Source of the DNA: Nemertoderma westbladi
Taxonomy: Eukaryota; Animalia; Xenacoelomorpha
Assembly (NCBI GenBank): GCA_032718475.1
Contig: JAUCBJ010004605.1
Span: forward strand, 1-64,000
Length of the DNA: 64,000 nt
Direction of reading: 5' to 3'
The notes beneath the pieces were generated by a model. It was given only the letters and a program-made list of their open reading frames with translations, ran no database searches and was not told where the DNA came from. The position numbers and the translations under genes were made by a program. Below, piece after piece: positions 39,091 to 51,900 of the stretch; positions within the stretch are counted from its first letter, which is position 1; each line of letters starts with the position of its first letter.

Positions 39091-40866
39091 TTAGTCTTTC
39101 TTGCGCGGACGGCGTTTACGCAGTTTTTTAAAGCTAGCAAGAGTCATTTTCTCTTTGGGGCGAGCCACTTTACGAGGAGGGCTGTAGCTCCTAGGCGAAG
39201 GGTGCAATATAATTGCATCAGAAGGTGCAGGGTTACGATCGGTATACCCGCCGGTCGAAGTACCTGGTTGATTAATATCAACCTCAGTGGAGTGAGGTCT
39301 GACGGCCTTTAGAGCGCGTCTCAGGACAGCAGCTCCTACGGGTCCTTGACGGGTCGTCTGGACACTAGCGGTGGGTGGACCGTGAGTGGTGAGGAACTTT
39401 CTCGGTTTAATGGTTCTCTCCAGCTCGCGTTCTCGGGTTCGATATTCATATGGTCGCCGAGATATTTCCTGTAGTTCAGGATGCGAGTTCACAAAGATGT
39501 CGCCATACTCAGGGTCCTGACGGATAAAATTGATCAGGTGATATGTGGTTATATCATTAGGGTTAACGTTTCTAAGGTATTTCCTGACAAACTTGGTGGA
39601 AATACACTCACCAACACGCTTCATTAACTCGTAACTTGGTACGTGTGTTTTCTGTTCAATCGACGCGAATAGATAAGGATGGAACGCGTAAACTCCCTCG
39701 TAAGCTCGTCCAGGGTAATAGCGATGTCGGGATTCGCAATGTAAATCGGCGTTCGCTTCCCAAGCTCGGATGTATCGCAGGGTGATCATCTCGTCTACGC
39801 TCTCTAAATCGCGATTAAAGGGACAATTGTAACTTTCATGTCCTTTAAGTTGGCAGTAGTGACATTGAGTCATAAATTGTGGGCAGACGGCAAATATATG
39901 AGAGTTATTAAGCCGGCAATAAGCACAATATATTTCCATCATCGGTTGTTCGAGGAAATAGGAACAAGGTACGCTCGAGTCTAGAGGAGTGAAGTGGTCT
40001 CTCGATGCGCATAATCGACAACGTTTTCGAGAAACGTAGTTGGCGTGTCGATAATCGTACGCTGTGAGACGCTGTGGACCTTGATACCACTCTATGACAT
40101 AATCATTGTCACTGCTCCGGGAAGCCGTAGGTTGAATCGCTTCTGATTCCAAGCATACTGGTTCATCCTCCAGCTGCATAGACGAAGTGGGTGCGTCGGT
40201 TTCCGTAAGTGGACCCACTGTCTGTATTTCCACGACAGAATAACCTGTAGATATTCGGGGTCTTTGTATAACGGATGAATGTAGGTTCTGTATACAAACG
40301 TCTTGAAAGACGGCAAATCCAGCGCTACTCAGTTTCTCCGCAGCTGAGTCTCTAAGACTGAGCTTGGTCAGCGCGCGGTCTTTGAACTGACTATCGACGT
40401 TACGGAACGGAGTCAGAAAGCGCCGGAAACATTCGAAACGTATGAACTTATTGTGTTCGTCTAACTTGGCGAGTTTAGTTCCAAGTATTAACGGGTGAGC
40501 GCGTATGGTACGACTGCACACATCGGCTAGCCAACCGGCAAGTGCTGCGTTTTCAAAGATCGTGTATATAGCTAAGGAAGGGCGAAGTGGAACACTCATA
40601 AAGCTATATACTGCACCAGGCGCAGTTAATGGTCCTTCAAAATATAAACGGGAGTAATGGTCTCCATATACCTGCTGGTAATTGATAGGATTTCCAACTT
40701 TGAAGTTCCATCCATATTCTTGAAAGGCAAGATGTCCGATGGATGTCCGTTGTACTTTAGTAATGTCGCTGGGTGTATTGGCATACATAGTGCGAAAGAA
40801 ACCTCGGCCTTCGGCCCAAGGAGCAATCAGCTGAGTATCAACGAAAGGGTATGGAATGTTCTCCAT
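39091..40866 (-). CDS. Accessory ORF of the Bel/Pao element, 591 aa, with three Cys/His knuckle-like motifs and a basic C-terminus; function unknown
   Basis: Long non-repetitive ORF. CHYCQLKGHESYNC is a canonical CX2CX4HX4C; also CRLCASRDH and CAYCRLNNSHIFAVC. Ends KKLRKRRPRKKD. Confidence 0.78.
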   Translation of the reverse strand: MENIPYPFVDTQLIAPWAEGRGFFRTMYANTPSDITKVQRTSIGHLAFQEYGWNFKVGNPINYQQVYGDHYSRLYFEGPLTAPGAVYSFMSVPLRPSLAIYTIFENAALAGWLADVCSRTIRAHPLILGTKLAKLDEHNKFIRFECFRRFLTPFRNVDSQFKDRALTKLSLRDSAAEKLSSAGFAVFQDVCIQNLHSSVIQRPRISTGYSVVEIQTVGPLTETDAPTSSMQLEDEPVCLESEAIQPTASRSSDNDYVIEWYQGPQRLTAYDYRHANYVSRKRCRLCASRDHFTPLDSSVPCSYFLEQPMMEIYCAYCRLNNSHIFAVCPQFMTQCHYCQLKGHESYNCPFNRDLESVDEMITLRYIRAWEANADLHCESRHRYYPGRAYEGVYAFHPYLFASIEQKTHVPSYELMKRVGECISTKFVRKYLRNVNPNDITTYHLINFIRQDPEYGDIFVNSHPELQEISRRPYEYRTRERELERTIKPRKFLTTHGPPTASVQTTRQGPVGAAVLRRALKAVRPHSTEVDINQPGTSTGGYTDRNPAPSDAIILHPSPRSYSPPRKVARPKEKMTLASFKKLRKRRPRKKD

Positions 40867-41804
40867 ATTCCTGTTGTATGCCCAATATGTTTTCCGACAG
40901 TGACAGTGATGGTAGTGGTAAAGAGCAGGGGAAGACCTATGTCGTATTCAGAAATATTCCGAAATACGATCTCAGTAGGAAGATTGTTACATTCGAGGAC
41001 TATCTCCAACTGAATTTATCCCCAGTGCGATGAGGGAACAACCAGTTCAAGTATATGTTTGCCTCAGTTGTTCTACATAAGATTTATATCCCCAATCATT
41101 AAGGGAGGTGAACAACCAGATTTATGACACATAATGGTACCAGTTGTTCACAAACTATCCGCGTGTCCTTTCAGTCCTTGTTTCACGGTTGTGGACTTGA
41201 GGAAATTAGGAAGTGGTTGATTATCTAATCAAGAACGAGAGGGTGGAAGTTGATATCATAAATATCAACAGAATATGACATGGACAGGAGGTGCGGACAC
41301 CAATATTAGCATACAAATAAACGGTAAGGGGGTGGAGGTTGATTATCATAAATATCAACAGAATATGACATGGACAGGAGGTGCGGACACCAATATTAGC
41401 ATCCAGATGAACAGTAAGGGATGGGAGGTTTAATGCTCGTTTCCCGAAGCTCCGAGCACGTTGGAAGAGAAGGTGGGATGAAATATGTCGTATCTTTAGT
41501 AACGACATATAAGAGGGTAAGAGGAGTAGCGAGGAGGGAGGATATACGATAGTATCCATAAGATACCACAATGGATGTGTTTTCCGTCACATCATCATTC
41601 ATTCCTGCCTTTTAATTGTGACACTGATCACAATAATTACAGGAAAACGATGAAGGAAGGGAAAGTTACAGCCTCCCGAAGGAGACCGCCCGCGAGCACC
41701 CGTGCCCCGGGGAAAACTATTCACATTATGGACCCTGGACATTAACCCATGTCTTTTCTCCAGTGGTTCTCCTTTATTTGTTCGCATCAACCTTCTTCCA
41801 CGTT

Positions 41805-42182
41805 CTATCCTTCGAATTGATTTCGAATAGAGTTCTCGTGTTCTATTCTCGATTTATCGTTTCGACTCCGCTGGGTATGATATTTAAATAAAACCATTTC
41901 CCTTTCGGTATCGACATCGTCGGTGTCGTGTAAATCAATAGGATGGCCGGTAGTTAAGAAGTCCATATACATACCATTACGATGCGTATAGCGAGCAGTG
42001 AATTTTCTATAGTCCAATTCACGCGTAAGTTGCTCCTGGGACATTGGCGGTTCGATATAACGACCATCGTCCTCCGTAGTAGTTGGATCAGCGTCGCCGC
42101 GTATCAAGCTATCGACAAACGCTTGTAAAGGTAGAATATATCTCTCCCTGATACCAAGATCATCTTCTATTAATTCAGTCAT
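41805..42182 (-). CDS. Small hypothetical ORF (125 aa) in the Bel/Pao accessory region
   Basis: Non-repetitive, GC-richer than flanks; ATG preceded by TAGCAG (acceptor-like). Overlaps a further frame running to 41599. Confidence 0.4.
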   Translation of the reverse strand: MTELIEDDLGIRERYILPLQAFVDSLIRGDADPTTTEDDGRYIEPPMSQEQLTRELDYRKFTARYTHRNGMYMDFLTTGHPIDLHDTDDVDTEREMVLFKYHTQRSRNDKSRIEHENSIRNQFEG

Positions 42183-43834
42183 ATCTGCTATACAAGTTCA
42201 CCAATATTATAATGAGTTTATATATTGTTAGGCGAGCGGGCGTCGCTGCCTATTTCTCCCTTGCCCCCGGACAGTATGAGATTCTCAGCGCCGATGTACC
42301 GCTGTCGCTATACTTTCGCCAACGACGTAGCCGTACAACGACAACGATAACCGGCACAAGTCACTCAACTGTCCGTCCCAAAGGCTTAGATGTACTTCAG
42401 GTATTCCTTGGAGAGTTAGGTTACTTTTACGATTGCGACTAGCTACTGTAAACACACTTTAGCAGTAACATTCACCTATAAACTCACAAATACCACACAA
42501 CTGGTCACAACTACGCACATTCGGGCCATTTGTCCGTTAGTCAATGCCTTCCAGAATGTCACTGTATTATTATGTATCCTTGGATACTAGTAGTGCGCTA
42601 TTTATTCCCTATGCTATTCAATGGGACAAGCTTTCTATTGTTCTTTTAACTCAATTCTAATTCTAGCGTGGTTGTTGCTATGGTGACATTATGCAAAGCT
42701 AGCGGTAGAATTAGGGTAATTCCAATGCATACAGATCTGGGATGTTATTTAATAGTAATTCTTTAATAGTCAATGTCCTGTTTTATACATGACTTTATGA
42801 ATTTTATCGGCTATTGACTATGTTTGGGAGACTTTCGCACACTCATATGCATAATAAGATAAATCTCCGCTCCCTTGATCTATTAATTAATGGAATTTTG
42901 GGAATGTTATAAATTGCGTAAAAATGGCAATTTATTAAATTCATTAAAAGGCATGAATTTAAATTTATTCCCTGAAATTTTATTATTTGATAATTAAATG
43001 GACATATTTTGATTCTAGAACATGTCTAGGGACACAAGATCCTTAATTCTATGACAATTGTCTTTTTTAAGAATATCGGTAAATGCTACGATATCTTAAT
43101 TGACTAGAATTGTTGAAGGATCTGAATTTTACAGATTTTGATTTATTAGATTTGCAAATATTAAATAATTAATATTTGAGATGGGCACCGATTTATTCCA
43201 GAACTTGTCTGGGGACGTTAACCACTGATTCTAGAATTTGTCTTTCAAGTATATCGGTGGGTGCCGCGATATCTTAATCGACTAGAATTACAGATGGTCA
43301 AAGGGTTTAACAGATTTATTTTGCGTTATACGCTACTGTTAAAGGGACATCACGCTACTATATGTATTATTTAATATACGGTATGAGAGCAATATCGCAC
43401 GAAGCAATGTCAGTGTGAAGAGGCAAGTCGTTTCCAAGGTCTACCCAGAGCTTGGTTTAGCCGAGACACGAGGATCTGAACTTTGCATTCCTAATACTCT
43501 GCCTACCAATAATACTTAAATATAGTAGTGGCTTTATTGTACTTTAATAAGTACGGACATTTCATCTTACTGTAGTTACGTATTTATAATATAATACGGA
43601 CAGTAAGGAAAGAGAAAAATAATTATTTCTTCGCCGTCTCACTAAATATAATATAAGTAATTACGTACGTAATAAACACGAATATATTGCACTATTCTAC
43701 AAAATAATCGCTAAATAATATTCTACTAAATTAAATAAAACGATTATAATAAAATTACATAGTAATACATACATAAATATAAAAATAATAAAATAATATA
43801 AAATAATAGAGTCACACGCCCACTCCGAACGATA

Positions 43835-46800
43835 TTAAGTTGGGGAGTCCCTAGATGTCGGTTGGATTAGGGAAGTGGTCGTGGGAAGAGTTTCTTGCCT
43901 TCCATAGTTTCCGGAGAGCTCTCTGTCTCTTTCCAGTAAACATAAACGACCCACTGGGCGATTGAGCTGTTGAGTCTCAAAGACTATCCCTGGTTTCTTA
44001 AAGTTCCGCCGCATGACGACGAGCTCTACTGATCGCACCAAACCATCGCTCGAGATATGCGTCTCGATGATACGTCCTGTTTGCCATCGCTTACGTGGGA
44101 GATCGGGGTCCACAATAAGCACCATGTCTCCAGCGCTGACGTTTTCTTGCTGCGCAAACCACTTAGTTCGAAGTTGTAGAGTGGGCAGGTAATGTTTCTC
44201 GAAATGGTCAGCGAAACGACGGGATAGCAACTGCATAAGTTGCCAGGTTCGACGGCAGTACTCGTCTCCGTCTGTGATCTCCGATCGTGGGAGCATGGCT
44301 ACGGGTTTCTTCAGTAGAAAGTGCGCGGGTGTTAGCGCTTCCAGGGAATCAGGATTTGAAGAGACTGGCATAAGCGGTCTTTCGTTGAGATAGGCGGCGA
44401 TTTCCTCCATTAACGTCCGCAATAGTTCGTCGGTGAGATAAGCGCGACAAGGCACAATAAAGTGGAACGCAGTCTTCACGCTCCTAATCAATCTCTCCCA
44501 ACTTCCTCCCCACCAAGGGGCGTCGGCGGCGTTGAAGGTCCAGCTAGACGCTGTTATCCTTAGCTGATCGTCCACCTGTCTTTTGTTCCAGTCCTTTACG
44601 TAAGCTTGAATTTCGTTGTTGGCGCCAATGAAGTTCGTTCCCTTATCCGATCTCATCGTGTTACTGGTTCCGAAGCGAGCGATCTGTCGTCGTAAACTCA
44701 ACACGAAGCTGTTGGTGGATAGATCGTTTACCATATCGAGATGGATAGCTCTACAAGTCATACAAACGAAGATGACACACCATCTCTTGACTATAGTCCG
44801 GGCACGATATACTTCAATAGGGCCAAATAAATCCACACCGGTATTAGTAAAGGGTGGTTCATAGAAGCTTACTCTTTCCCTAGGTAATTCTGCCTCTCGC
44901 TGTGTTAAAGGCCTACTGAATGCTTTCCTACAGGGTATGCAGTTCCTAAGAACTTGGTTCAGAGCCCTACGGGGTTTATAAAAATAGTAGCGAGTTCGAA
45001 TTTCGCTCAGAACTCGTTCTCTACCAGCATGATACAGTTTGCTATGAACATCTACAATTATCTTGATTTGTATGTCAAGATTTCTAATGAGGATGGGAAA
45101 CTTAGTGTCAAAGGATAATGGGGCGTTGGTTAGCCTACCTCCAACACGTATTAACCCATCTATCATGGTACTAGAGAAGCGATCCCTTAAGCGCATCTGT
45201 GGATTTCTTAATAACAGGAAATACTTATCGGAATCCTCATAGCATTGTAGAAGTCTCAGCATCTGTTTGTTGGTTTCATCATGCTCCTGGTAACTGATCT
45301 TCTCCTTTAGAAACCTGTCGGATACCTTGTATTGGGGAAGATCTTTAACAACATGGACTCGTGCAGATGTTGATGGAGCATCATCACTATGGGTCTTTGT
45401 CCCGGAGTAACGATGATGAAAACATCGTTTTAAATAGGTGACAGCTTTACAGAGCCGATTCCAGGAACTGTAGTGACGTATCGCTCTCTGCAAGAGAGGT
45501 GAGAGTCCTTGCGAAATATCTGGTATTCCAGATTTCCAATCCTTGTCACGGATTTCCAAGACTTCTCTAGTCGTGGCGGTGGGTTTCTGATCCAAAGCAT
45601 CCTCTCCGGAAGTAACTAATACAGATAGATCAACCGCAGGTTTAAACAACTTCGATTTACTCGCTCGAGTTTTGGGTTTAACTTTCTCCGCTCCCTTGGC
45701 CTGTCTGATCTCTGCTGTGGTGAGATGAGGAGGCCATTCTTCTTCTTCTCTGTAGAGAAAGTCGGGTCCTCCTAACCATTCGGGAGTATTTACCAATTCC
45801 TTTGGAGTCGCTCCTCGGGACGCGATGTCTGCTGGATTAATCGTTCCGGGGCAATGTCTCCATTGGTCCATCGTCGTGCGACTAAGTATGATGGCTACCC
45901 TATTGGTAACGAAGACGCTGAACTGACAGACTTCATTGGTTATATACTCTAACACGAGTAAAGCGTCGGTCCAATAGACAGTTTTCTCTAATGGATAGTC
46001 AATCTGTTCGGTTACATTCCGGCCGATGGCTGTAGCGTATAGAGCCGCTTTTAACTCCGCTCGAGGAACTTTCAACTTGTTGTTGATTAATGCCTTAGAA
46101 GTAACCAGGGCGACTTTGATTCCATCCGGAGTTTCCACCCTTAGATAGGCTACTATACCTATTCCCATATCGCTGGCGTCTCCAAACACATGGAGTTGAT
46201 AGGAATACGTAGGGAGAACATGACCAAAATATGAACGGGAAATTATAAAATCCTCGATAGCCGGCAGAGAATCTTCCCATTTCATCCACTTCTTTAATAA
46301 TTCTCCCTTAAGTGGATTGTCCCATGAGTGGTTTTCAAGCCACATTTGTTGTACCAAACTACGAGCAATCAATATAATTGGGCTAATAAATCCCAATGGA
46401 TCGAAATAAGTGCTCAGTATACTTAAGCAAATCCGTTTGGTTCGAACTGGATTATCTCGCTGTTTTAGCTGGAAAAACAGGATATCTTGCTCTGTGTCCC
46501 ATTTCAAGCCGAGTGTCTTGGTTTCTGGCAGATCATCTTTGATCAAATCGAGATCTTTCGCTCCTCGATCCTCCGCAGGGATCGACTCCAGAAACTCACG
46601 GGAGTTGCTGGTGAATTTGGTTAATCGAAACCTACCTCGTTTTAAGCACTCTACCGTTCCTTTAGCTACCTCAATGGCTTCCTCAACTGATGGAAGGGAC
46701 TTCAGATTGTCGTCCATGTATATGTCTCTCTTGATGTTGTCGATCACTTCCTTAGAGAAGGCCTCTCGGTTGTCCTCTGCAGTGGTACGCACTACCGAAC

Positions 46801-47810
46801 AGGCGTTGGAAGGGCTTGAGATTATCCCAAAGGCCTGGATGGTCATCCAGTACTCCACCGGTTTCTGGTTGAGGTCTCCTTCGGGCCACCACAGAAATCG
46901 TAGACTATCTCGATCCCTATCTAACACCTTGACTTGTAAGAACATGCCTTCTATATCGGAGGCGAAAGCAATCGAATATTGTCTGAATCTTAAAAGAATT
47001 CCCAACAAAGATTGAAGCAAGTTAGGTCCGGGTAACAATTCACAGTTAAGGGATTGACCCATGTAAAGAGCGGAGCCATCAAACACTACTCTCACTTCGT
47101 GTGGCTTACCGGGTTTAGGAACGTAATGGTGAGTTAAGTAATACGTTCTTTCAGTCACAGGTGTTTCTTCCGGTACTCTCTCCGCGTATCCCTTACTAAT
47201 AAATTTTTCCAGCTGTGTTTGATACATTGCTTTAGCTGAAGAATTAGCCGTAAGGCGTCGATGGAGTTGCGCGATTCTTTTTTCCGCCAAGGGTCTGTTA
47301 TTGATGAACTTCGGTTCTTTCTTGCGGAAAGGTAGACCGACTTCATACCTACCTTGATCTTTGAGGAAGCGTGTAGTTGTCTCTTGGATCTGCTTAGCCC
47401 TTTCCTCTTCCACCGACAAGGCTTTATCGTAGGAATTGGGCTCTACCGCCTCTTGCGTAAAGAATCGTACGGCATGTTCATCTCGAGTCTTGGCATTATG
47501 ACGCTCAATGACGTCATTTAACTCGTCGTTATAAGCTTCTCGTTCAGATGGATAGAGAAGTTGACATAAGTTCACTTGGTTCTGCCAAGCCTCGTTTTCC
47601 TTAAGGGGATCGATGGTATTCTCCTCATCAAAAAGCTGGTGAACGTCGTCATTATCTGAGGAGTATGGAGTTCCCTCAGTTAAGTTGTCTCCCTCACTGG
47701 TATCATCTTCCCATTCACTCACCTGGCATACGCTCTCTGGCGGTAGTCTTTCTCTGAGTGTTCTACGGGAAGGGCCAGTAAAGTACCAACCTACTCTAGT
47801 TCTTACCGTG
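43835..47810 (-). CDS. pol: Bel/Pao pol: RT (YMDD), RNase H (HVFGDAS), integrase (HHCC; GVDLFGP, SDKGTNF, WERLIRSVK) and conserved C-terminal domain
   Basis: 1,295-aa ORF; the frame stays open upstream through VRTRVGWYFTGP to about 47838. Domain order and motifs are typical of Bel/Pao. Confidence 0.95.
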
Positions 47811-48977
47811 TAGTGGCTGCGGTTGAGCAGGCCGTTTCTCTAATGTCTCCAGCGCCTCATGCGCGTTTTGGCCGATGAGTATTTGCACTCCAGGATAATC
47901 AGTCTGGAATCGAGGTATCTTAAGATGTTGGATACTCTCATCCTCGTCCCAATTATAAAGGTCTGCTTGAGTAGTAGCGAAGTTCTTTATAGCCACCATT
48001 TTCACTGACCTTATGCTATGTTCTCCTAGTTCGTCCTGGGGGGTGGACAACGCTCCTACATAATAATCAGCTATTATCGTAGATTTCCAAACTTGCATAA
48101 TGCCTGACATATTGAGCTTAGTTTGGAACTTGGGTTGTCCAGCAAATATATCTTCGGCTAGCTCTTTATCGATGAATGTTCCTGTACTACCGGAGTCAAG
48201 GAGGGCGTTCACTACATAACTCCGTTTAGGTCCGTGAACCCTTACCTGCACCACAGGAAACTCTCGGATCCCTACATTGGAAGATGGCTCTTTCCAAGAT
48301 GGTTGTCGTTCAGAAGTAGTTAGAGTGAAGTCGCTGTCTGTATCTTTTTCATATGTGAGTGCTCGATACACTGCGGTATTTATCATGTAACAGGATTCGT
48401 TTTCGTCGGAGAACTCGTCTGTATAGAATCCTTCCATCTCAGATTGATCAGTGTCGTTCACATCACTGAATTGGACATGTAGCTCGGAATCACTTACCTG
48501 ATTCTGACTATTTCGATCGAATTCAGCGTGCAACAAGATATGATGTTTCGCACCACACTTTGCACACCTTATGTCAGAGAAACAGGTTCGCCGTTGGTGT
48601 CCTTGTCTGAGGCAATTATAACATAACCGCTTATCCCACATGACTTCGCGTCTCTCCGTTAATGATTTCTTTAGAAATTCATCACACCTATTCAAATGGT
48701 GGGTCCCGTCACACAGCGCACATTTCGGTTTGATGTTACTTACCTTATTCTGAGTCACATTGTGTACACTTGCCTTTTCTTCGGGCTTTCTCACCTGAAT
48801 TCTCTTGGGAGACGTGGGAGGAGTTTTTCGTACCTGTTCCCTCCTGTCATTTGCTCGAGACTTGAATTTACTTACCTGATCTTTAGGCATCTTATTGACA
48901 TAATAAGATCTATCAGTGTCTTTCCCGCTATCTTCTCCTTGAGAAGTCTGGCTTTCGCCGTCGTCTGTATAACACAC
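47796..48977 (-). CDS. Bel/Pao gag zinc knuckles and aspartic protease
   Basis: CALCDGTHHLNRC, CYNCLRQGHQRRTC and CAKCGAKHHILLH (Bel triple knuckle); ALLDSGST catalytic motif. Separated from both neighbours by +1 frame changes. Confidence 0.92.
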   Translation of the reverse strand: MCYTDDGESQTSQGEDSGKDTDRSYYVNKMPKDQVSKFKSRANDRREQVRKTPPTSPKRIQVRKPEEKASVHNVTQNKVSNIKPKCALCDGTHHLNRCDEFLKKSLTERREVMWDKRLCYNCLRQGHQRRTCFSDIRCAKCGAKHHILLHAEFDRNSQNQVSDSELHVQFSDVNDTDQSEMEGFYTDEFSDENESCYMINTAVYRALTYEKDTDSDFTLTTSERQPSWKEPSSNVGIREFPVVQVRVHGPKRSYVVNALLDSGSTGTFIDKELAEDIFAGQPKFQTKLNMSGIMQVWKSTIIADYYVGALSTPQDELGEHSIRSVKMVAIKNFATTQADLYNWDEDESIQHLKIPRFQTDYPGVQILIGQNAHEALETLEKRPAQPQPLHGKN

Positions 48978-51900
48978 TGAACGTTACCTTTTTCCTAGAG
49001 ACGGGTTTTTCACTTACCTTGTTTTCCGGTGTCTTCTCTCGGGACTGCTTGAGGAGTTGCAATTTCACTTCTCCATCCAAGAATGACATGAGATCAGTCA
49101 TGGTAGGGTCTCGTCGTTGTTGTTCCATCATATATAGTACTTTCTTATCCCAGCGTGTGCCTACCCCACCTTTCGGTAAAGTAGAAGCCACAGCTCCAAT
49201 GACCATAGAACTTTGGTATTCATGAGACTTACCTAACCAATCTAATTGTCTACAGATCTCTTGAATCTCATCGGAAAACTCTATTATCCCACTGCTGATG
49301 AACTTTCTGGGCGCTACTAATTTTGCATATAAATAATTAGCGATATTATTCCTATTACCATACCTGATGTTTAGTGTGTCCCAAACTTGTCTTAATCCGT
49401 CTGGATGTCCAATAAACTTTAACGCCATTAACTTGGGAGATCCTTCCAAGCACTCGATGAGGTATCTAAGTTTTTCTCCATTAGATAGTACAGAGTTCTG
49501 TATGTTATCTTTGTAATATTCATTAAAAGGTAACCATTTCATCTCATCTCCATTGAACTTGACGATCTCTCCCACCTTTACCGCTTGCCGGGCTTCGGTT
49601 CTAGCCATTTGACGCGTAAAACTTTCTTGGGCCATCGTGTTATTTAATATCGAGTTATCGGTATATAAATTTCTCGGATTATGATCAGTTCTATAGGGAA
49701 TGTCATTATCGACAGGTCTATAATTACCCTTAATAGGGTTCACTATAGGAGTTTCTACTTCGCTAGCAGTATATATGCGTGTAGGCTCCACACCTTGCGC
49801 ATGAGATACTTCAGACCTAACAGGTTGACACATTGTTACAGAGGGTGGCGGTATACCCTTTTGAGTATTTACTAATTTATCGCGCTCTAGCGCGATACTT
49901 TGCTGCACTTCTTGCAACTCTAGTCTACTTTCCCTTACTGTGCCCTTGAATTGCTGGACAGTCTCCTGCATCTGCCCGAGCAGGATATCCATCCCCCGCC
50001 GTCTCTCGTCCACCCATTCGACCGCCGAAGCGGGAGTCGCCAACGTTGTAGCGAGCGGACGAGGGACCACGGGCGACAAATCAGGAATATTTCGCTCGGG
50101 GTCTAGGACCTGAACTGTCTCCCGGGCAGTTCTACGGGGCACAGGTAGCTTAGTGCTATGCAGAGGGAATTTAGAGGTAGTTTCAGGGAGCACAGGTGTG
50201 TCTATCACCGAAGGGGTGATTTCAAGAACAGGCCTAATTATTTCAGGCTCATCTACTATAGTAGGGAGTCTTTCTATTTTAATTATTTGGTCTGTGGGCT
50301 CTGTACTACCTAAGTTGGTGTTATTTAGTTGCCTTCTAACAGCTGGAGGCAAATCAGGCAATTTCTGACGGTGGAATGTTCTTTTACGTCTGCTTAGACG
50401 AGATCTATTTCCTTTGCCTTCAGTATCGGTGGTATCGCCTTCCTCAGATGATGTATATCCCTGTCTTTTGGGAGTAGATCGATTCATCATCTGCATATTA
50501 CTAGCTGTTAACTGTTTATTTATGCAGTCTTGATTCTCTTGAAGATTTTCCAACTCCAGTTGGGTGATCTCTTCAGCCGCTCTCCGTTCTGCTTCCGCTA
50601 CCGCTGCCGCTTTTGCCTCTGCCGCTGCCGCTTTTGCCTCTGCCGCTGCCGCTTTTGCCTTTGCCTCGGCTTCTGCTTTTGCCTCTGCCGCTGCCGCTTT
50701 TGCCTTTGCCTCGGCTTCTGCTTTTGCCGCTTTTGCCTTAGCCTCGGCTTCTGCTGCTGCCGCTTTTGCCTTTGCCTCGGCTTCTGCTGCTGCCGCTTTT
50801 GCCTCTGCCTCGGCTTCTGCTGCTGCCGCTTTTGCCTCTGCCACTGCTTCTGCTAAGGTCGCTTTTCTTTCTGCCTCTGCCACGGCTGCTATCTTTCTGT
50901 CTTCTATACGTTTTTTCCTTACTTGTTCTTCCTTTTCTCTAGCGATGCGGAGTTGTTCATCGAATTTAGCTTGATTCGCCGCTAACCTATCTACATCTAT
51001 TGCATCCAACACACGCTGGGCTCCTTCACTATTAGGGCTAAGTCCATCTAGCCTTCTCCTCAACTCTTCATCTCCCAAAAAACGCTGATAGTCTGACAGA
51101 TAGATGTCAATGGCATCCTTCTTATGCGGTTTCTCTGCCGTCGCTTCACTTTCCACTTGGGAAGAAATAGCGTCCGTTGATTCTCCATGGGTTGAGCGCT
51201 CCTCCAATTGAGCTTTCCACTGAGCTGCTCCTTGAACCTGGCGACTCACCCGTTGAAACCAAGTCTTTACGGCAACTTGCAACGACGTGTCTTGTCTTCT
51301 TTTAGAAGCCTCCTCAAAGGCTGATAAGATTAGCCTAATTCGCAGAATTCTTTCTCTAACTTGATAAAGCAGTTGTCCCTGCTCTTGAGGTCCTTGAGGT
51401 TGTTTAAACAGTTGTTTTTCCACTCGCTCCATAGAGCTGAAGAATCCTTGTGCGTATCCGGCTGCGGACCTCTTCCATACAGCTGGATCGATGGTTTCCT
51501 TGGCTACTCCCATCCGGTGTATGTCTTCCCAGGCAGCTTCTGATAAATCAAACGGGAGTCCGGGTCCGGGGAAGTTCCATTGCGACTCGACAATAGACTT
51601 CAGTTCTTCCCTCGTGTATCCCGCATAGCTATCTCTAGTTGATCGCTGACTTCTCGTCCAATCGATCTGGTGTTCTTCCACCGCAATCAATAACCTAGCG
51701 AGTACGGCTGCAGGAAGGATGAGAAGGGGATCCGTATAAACCGCATCCATCATCTTTGCTCCGCGCTCGGGTGTCAGTTCTACCGTATCTTCGCTACTGG
51801 AGCTGTCGGGCCGCTGAGAAATAAATTCTTGGCTAGCGGGTTGTTGCTGTTCCGCTGCTTCTTGGTCCCGCTTGACCTGAGCTCGAGTGCCTATGATAGA

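Noticed and set aside
39091-40866. env gene
   Set aside because: No signal peptide, transmembrane anchor or fusion-protein features seen; it has zinc knuckles and an NLS-like tail instead.
50530-50974. Antisense Ala-rich or Cys-rich ORFs (antifreeze/TolA-like)
   Set aside because: Reverse-frame shadow of the AEAKAAA repeat in gag.
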